Shown: piece after piece, positions 59,820 to 64,000 of the stretch | How the letters are laid out: each line of letters starts with the position of its first letter | Numbering within the stretch: position 1 is the stretch's first letter | Assembly: GCA_963666285.1 (NCBI GenBank) | Contig: OY762711.1 | From: Sedimentisphaerales bacterium | Lineage (GTDB): Bacteria; Planctomycetota; Phycisphaerae; Sedimentisphaerales; SM23-30 | Direction: 5' to 3' (one strand) | DNA length: 64,000 bases | Position numbers and translations under genes: made by a program | The notes under the pieces: generated by a model | The model's database searches: none | What the model was told of the DNA's origin: nothing | Seen by the model: only the letters and a program-made list of their open reading frames with translations

Positions 59820-61252
59820 GCAGAAATTCATATAAAATTGAAAAATTTACACAAGGCCCGCATTCGACCGTTAAGCGTCTGAACCAGGTTATAGACACAG
59901 TAAATACGCTATCCAGCCGTAAAACAAGTGTTATCAATGGTAAAGTGCTTAAAGATGATATGGTCTTTGGTATTATAAATAGTACCGAGGTAGATGATGA
60001 GGGTTATTTCAGGGGTACATTATTTAATCGTGAAAATGAAGAAGTACCGGAAACAAATCCTTATTATGATATACTGATAAAGTGTCAGATAGCCGAATAC
60101 CCAAATGTATTAAAGAACAACTACTTTACTGCTATCAGGAATAAAATACAAGATGAATGGTATTGTACTGGTATCTATGTAGGTGATGCCAGTTCGTTAA
60201 GTTCATTCCTTAGCTCTGAAACTGAAAGCAGCTCGAAACATTCGAGCGATAGTTCAGAGTCAACAAGTGGCAGTTCTGACGGCACAACAGCAAGTTCATC
60301 ATATAGTTTTTCCAGTGAATCAAAATCTATAAGCAGCAGTTCATCATTATCAAGCTTTAGTTCTTATGATAGTTCTGGCAGTTCCGGTACATCTGCAAAA
60401 AGTTCTCATAGTTCAGGGCATAGTTCAAGTTCAGTGGATAGTTCTGGTAGTTCAGATGGCAGTTCGGGCAGTTCTGACCATACTTCCGGTAGCTCATACG
60501 AAAGTACAGGCAGTTCAGATTTAACATCGGGTAGTTCAGACGAAAGTTCCGGCAGTTCGGATAACACTTCTGGTAGTTCAGGTAGTAGCTCAGGTAGTTC
60601 TGACTATACGTCGGGTAGTTCAAGTGTAAGTTCTGGTAGTTCTGACCATACATCAAATAGTTCTGATAGAAGTAGTGGCAGTTCAGATCATACATCAGAA
60701 TCACGTAAAAGCTCAAGCAGTCGTGATTTCAGTACGCCACCGCCTTTGTCTAGTTATAGTTCCTGGGATAGTTCCGGCAGTTCTGAAGATGAATCTTCCT
60801 CTAGTTCCGGTGATTCATCAGATAGTTCAGCTTCAAGTTCTGGCAGTTCTGCTAGTTCAAGTGGCAGTTCCAGTAAAAAGTCAAGCTCTAGTTCTGGGGG
60901 GAGTTCCAGTTCAAGTTCTGACAATTCCTCAAGTAGTTCAGAGGGTAGTTCCAGCGAATCATCTTCAAGCGATTTGCCGATAGAAGTTGGCGGCGATTGC
61001 TGTTTATGTAGTATGTTAAGTGGCAAAGATGTTACTGTTGGTTGGGGAGGTGGTACTGGCGGTTATTCCGGTGGTAGTTGTGCTTCTAATATAGCTATAG
61101 ATTGTGGTGGTATTAGTGGAGCTGGTACATATACAGTTTTATGTCCAGGCAATAAAAAGGTAACTGTGTCCGTTGGCGGCGGTGAATATTGTGCAAGTTG
61201 TTGTAACGCATATTTTGCCGATGCTGTAATTGATAGTATAGAGTATTTATAA
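59816..61252 (+). CDS. Serine-rich repeat (mucin-like) tail-module protein with Cys/Gly-rich C-terminal domain
   Basis: About 260-aa Ser-dominated tract; 12 heptads SGSSDxT/S; C-terminus CCLC...C..C..C..CASCC. Confidence 0.8.
   Translation: MSRNSYKIEKFTQGPHSTVKRLNQVIDTVNTLSSRKTSVINGKVLKDDMVFGIINSTEVDDEGYFRGTLFNRENEEVPETNPYYDILIKCQIAEYPNVLKNNYFTAIRNKIQDEWYCTGIYVGDASSLSSFLSSETESSSKHSSDSSESTSGSSDGTTASSSYSFSSESKSISSSSSLSSFSSYDSSGSSGTSAKSSHSSGHSSSSVDSSGSSDGSSGSSDHTSGSSYESTGSSDLTSGSSDESSGSSDNTSGSSGSSSGSSDYTSGSSSVSSGSSDHTSNSSDRSSGSSDHTSESRKSSSSRDFSTPPPLSSYSSWDSSGSSEDESSSSSGDSSDSSASSSGSSASSSGSSSKKSSSSSGGSSSSSSDNSSSSSEGSSSESSSSDLPIEVGGDCCLCSMLSGKDVTVGWGGGTGGYSGGSCASNIAIDCGGISGAGTYTVLCPGNKKVTVSVGGGEYCASCCNAYFADAVIDSIEYL
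60443..60694 (+). repeat. 12 x 21-nt degenerate tandem coding repeat (SGSSDxT/S)
   Basis: SGSSDGS SGSSDHT SGSSYES TGSSDLT SGSSDES SGSSDNT SGSSGSS SGSSDYT SGSSSVS SGSSDHT SNSSDRS SGSSDHT. Confidence 0.9.
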
Positions 61253-61253
61253 T

Positions 61254-62372
61254 ATGGTTGTAGTATTAGAAAAAAATAATCTTGTACATGAATATCCAGA
61301 ATGTTTCCATAGGGTAGGTAATATTTGCCTGTATGGTTCCAGGCGGACAGGTAGAGCATGTAGGGTAAATGAGGTATTTTGTAAATTCTTATGTGCTGCT
61401 AAAGGCGGCCCATGTAATAAAGAATGTAACGGCAATGAGCCAAAAGCCGTATTTAAAAAGATGTTTGGTAAATCGATGCCTTTTCTTAATTCATTATTTA
61501 TAGAAAAGATACTCAAGAAATATTTTGGTACATTTGAAATCAAAGTGCCGGGAATGTGGGAACTAATAAAAAAAAGCTTCCAGCCGGTATTAGATGAGTT
61601 TGACGACTGTTTAGGCGGTGTGCTTATAACAGGCTCTTTAATGGTTGTTGGTGCACCATTGAAAGACATAGATATTTTACTTGAGGTTAAGGATGAAAAG
61701 CTATTTGGTCAGAAGTATGACGAGATAATATCAAAGGTTCCCAAAACAGTTAATAATATTACGGTGGATTGCTTTTTCTGTTTTGATAAGCATAAGAACT
61801 TTTTTATGTTGATGAACCCTGATAAGCGAGAGGTTTATACAAGTGAGTTTTTTGAACCATCAATTGTTAACGGTAAAGAGTTTAATATTGTATCTTCTGA
61901 TAATCCGTACTATTCAGATGGCTTTGTTGCTATGGTAGAATTTTTGTATGAATATAATGCTGATACTAAATTCATTATCGATGAAATTGAACGTATAAAA
62001 AAGGTATATGGTGAGGAAGTCGTTAATCATATATTGGCTTTACAAGCTAAGTATAGAGACAGTATCGAAGCTTTACAGAAATGCTATACCTGCCAGTATT
62101 ATAGAAATAAATGCAATAATTGTTCCCCATATTGTTTATGGTTAACCAGGCAAAAAAATCTAATTGAATGGCTGAAAAATGGGAATGCCTGTCCATTAGA
62201 TAATAATGCTGCATTGCAATCTGATGATAGCAGCTTTTGCCGTAAAAAGAGTATGTGTACTAATTGCAAGTATTATATTGAAAGTAGTGATATGTGCCTG
62301 TATTTAACCAGGGCAACAAATCTAAACAACTGGATCAAGCAGGATAACGCTTGCCCGCTTAATAAATTCTAA
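61254..62372 (+). CDS. Cys-rich protein with central Pol-beta-type nucleotidyltransferase motif
   Basis: LITGSL....PLKDIDILL...VDCF; two C-terminal CxxCxYY...CL.L.R..NL..W.K..NACPL repeats. Confidence 0.6.
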   Translation: MVVVLEKNNLVHEYPECFHRVGNICLYGSRRTGRACRVNEVFCKFLCAAKGGPCNKECNGNEPKAVFKKMFGKSMPFLNSLFIEKILKKYFGTFEIKVPGMWELIKKSFQPVLDEFDDCLGGVLITGSLMVVGAPLKDIDILLEVKDEKLFGQKYDEIISKVPKTVNNITVDCFFCFDKHKNFFMLMNPDKREVYTSEFFEPSIVNGKEFNIVSSDNPYYSDGFVAMVEFLYEYNADTKFIIDEIERIKKVYGEEVVNHILALQAKYRDSIEALQKCYTCQYYRNKCNNCSPYCLWLTRQKNLIEWLKNGNACPLDNNAALQSDDSSFCRKKSMCTNCKYYIESSDMCLYLTRATNLNNWIKQDNACPLNKF

Positions 62373-62382
62373 AAGGTGCTGT

Positions 62383-62592
62383 ATGTGTGATAAGTGTGTA
62401 CAAGAAAAAAGGGTAACAAATATTGAACATGACCTATACGGCAACGGTCGGCCAGGTCTGAAACAAGATGTTACCCAAATTAAAAATGATTTAATGTGGT
62501 TGAAGCGGATAGGCGGCTGGATCGCCGGTATGCTTGCGGTTATTATAGCCGGGCTGATACTTGCAGGGGTGCAGTATTTGACTAAGCTTTAG
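62383..62592 (+). CDS. Small single-TM protein (XhlA/holin-like)
   Basis: LYGNGRPGL, coiled segment, C-terminal TM; last + strand gene of the late operon. Confidence 0.5.
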   Translation: MCDKCVQEKRVTNIEHDLYGNGRPGLKQDVTQIKNDLMWLKRIGGWIAGMLAVIIAGLILAGVQYLTKL

Positions 62593-63853
62593 GAGAGGTG
62601 TTTTCAGGCTTTTGGAATTGAAAATTTATATCACCATTGATTTCGTTTGGCAAGTTATCTACTTTTATACTATATCTACATTTGAAGGGTTTGATGGATT
62701 CATAATTGTTGAAAATTAAAAAAATTTCATTTATACACCCTATAGTGTTATGTTTAATTGATGAAAAATGGTCACAAACATCATAACTGTTTGTTTTTTT
62801 AAGTGAAAATGAAGAAAATGTTGACAATTTGGGTTCGGTCATTAGTGCGAGATTGGCTATGCCTAACTGCGTTGACTGAAACAAGTTTTCAGTTGCACTT
62901 AAAGGCTTAGAAGGTAAAGTTGGTTCTATTGGAGCTTGGGGACAGTCATCTTCTTCATATAACTCGAATCCATCTGGAAAATGTAACTCGATATCAACGT
63001 TACATGCAGGAGTGTTACCTTTATTGGCAATTCCTATTATAAATCTAAATTTTGGTTTATTTTGATACTTCTGAAGCTCTACTAAATACTTTTCATACTC
63101 TGTAATGTAGTTATCTAGTTTCTTGTGGTATGCTGAAATTCTTTCTTTTGAAATTGGTAAAACCATATCTAAAAATGATTCTGAAGGCTGAGTGGACATG
63201 TAATGTTCTTTGGTATATGTTTTTAGGTTAAGTATCATTTCTTCAATTTCGTTATCAGACAAAACTTCATAGTCTATAGGAAATATAGGATTAGCTGTAA
63301 CGTTGTTTTCGGCATAAATAATACCAATTTCAAGTTTGGGGTGAGCGTTTTTCAATTGATCAATCTCACGTTTTAAGCGGCGATTTTCTTCTTCAATTGG
63401 GTGGATGATTGAAGGTAGCATCAGTGATTCATCAATTTCCTCCGCTATAATGCCGAGGTGTTTGGCAGTAAGTAGCATGTTTGTATCGTTAGTTATAAGA
63501 ACTTTATCCTCTATTGCCTTTGGATATTCAATAATATTTGCAAGTAAGATATCATCATTAGAGGTTTTATCTAAACCATGCTCTTCTGGGTTTGGGGTAT
63601 GTATAACAAATTCAAAACCTAATTTGTCAGATACTGTTTTTGTTTCACTCCAACTTGCAATAGAATTGCATATAGAACGCGCTCTTTTTTGAATTGCGTT
63701 TGATTTATGCGAATCTTTATGCTTGTTAAGTTCACCTAGCGTTACTCGTGGAACTACAAGTACGCAATCCTTATCAAACCGATTAAGGTTAAGTTCAACA
63801 ATTGGTTTGTAATGGAGATATACCATTGTGTCTAAAAAAATGTATTTAGGCAT
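62582..63853 (-). CDS. PIN-domain ribonuclease-like protein (moron)
   Basis: FLDT, VP..TLGEL..HK, NDD.L, LITND..M...AK; coiled coil and C-terminal domain. Confidence 0.8.
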   Translation of the reverse strand: MPKYIFLDTMVYLHYKPIVELNLNRFDKDCVLVVPRVTLGELNKHKDSHKSNAIQKRARSICNSIASWSETKTVSDKLGFEFVIHTPNPEEHGLDKTSNDDILLANIIEYPKAIEDKVLITNDTNMLLTAKHLGIIAEEIDESLMLPSIIHPIEEENRRLKREIDQLKNAHPKLEIGIIYAENNVTANPIFPIDYEVLSDNEIEEMILNLKTYTKEHYMSTQPSESFLDMVLPISKERISAYHKKLDNYITEYEKYLVELQKYQNKPKFRFIIGIANKGNTPACNVDIELHFPDGFELYEEDDCPQAPIEPTLPSKPLSATENLFQSTQLGIANLALMTEPKLSTFSSFSLKKTNSYDVCDHFSSIKHNTIGCINEIFLIFNNYESIKPFKCRYSIKVDNLPNEINGDINFQFQKPENTSPKA

Positions 63854-63998
63854 TTGATGTTCCTTGCGTAAGTGTAGAAAAAATATCCTTTATATAGCTA
63901 TTGATAGGTTGGTAAGATACGATTGTAATAAGGCTAGCAACTAATCCTATAAGCCAGAAAATAAATTGCAGGAATTTAAGAAACTTTGATTCTTCAAT
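63846..63998 (-). CDS. 3' end of a membrane protein, coupled to the PIN gene (runs off window)
   Basis: ..FLQFIFWLIGLVASLITIVSY..SNA*; stop overlaps PIN start (ATGCCTAA). Confidence 0.5.
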   Translation of the reverse strand: MEESKFLKFLQFIFWLIGLVASLITIVSYQPINSYIKDIFSTLTQGTSNA

Positions 63999-64000
63999 TG

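Larger units (their letters stand above)
24154..64000 (+). mobile_element. Temperate siphovirus-like prophage integrated at tRNA-Arg; right end outside window
   Basis: Integrase next to tRNA; replication, packaging, head and tail modules in canonical order. Confidence 0.93.

Noticed and set aside
60443..60694. Ice-nucleation protein repeat, or assembly artefact
   Set aside because: The period is 7 aa without AGYGST, and the nucleotide copies are diverged, so it is not a collapsed or expanded repeat.
63853..64000. In-frame TM extension of the PIN protein
   Set aside because: The PIN frame has an upstream TAG; the TM segment belongs to a different overlapping frame.

Overview
The window has two parts. 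(1) 1-24153 is host chromosome, probably a Planctomycetota/Phycisphaerae-type bacterium; this is inferred from GLUG-repeat proteins with C-terminal 'DLxDFxxxxxxW' dockerin-like tails, PEP-CTERM proteins and DPN-rich secreted proteins. It holds a partial GH10, an SGNH esterase, DUF5695, an AmpG-like MFS permease, two small membrane proteins, three GLUG surface proteins, cysE, dapB and tRNA-Arg(ACG). Intergenic DNA is built from shuffled repeat modules. (2) From the tRNA to the window end is a siphovirus-type prophage whose right end is not visible. In order: tyrosine integrase, 6.4 kb of cargo (DUF11/beta-helix protein, two PEP-CTERM paralogues) interspersed with structured RNA-like elements, xis, Gp157/ERF/SSB, helicase, primase, DNA-modification genes, HNH-terS-terL, portal, S49 protease, capsid, tail genes with a -1 frameshift chaperone, and a reverse-strand PIN moron. 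Three observations stand out. (a) Between terL and portal sits a five-domain glycosylation enzyme (ppGalNAc-T-like + 3x GT2 + SAM methyltransferase) plus a DUF616 protein, and the tail module encodes a mucin-like Ser-rich protein: a candidate phage-encoded mucin-type virion O-glycosylation system. (b) A ~390-nt multi-domain structured element with kissing loops follows the primase. (c) Paralogous rod/terminator switch RNAs occupy an immunity region with no obvious CI repressor. All family assignments come from motifs read by eye; no database searches were run.
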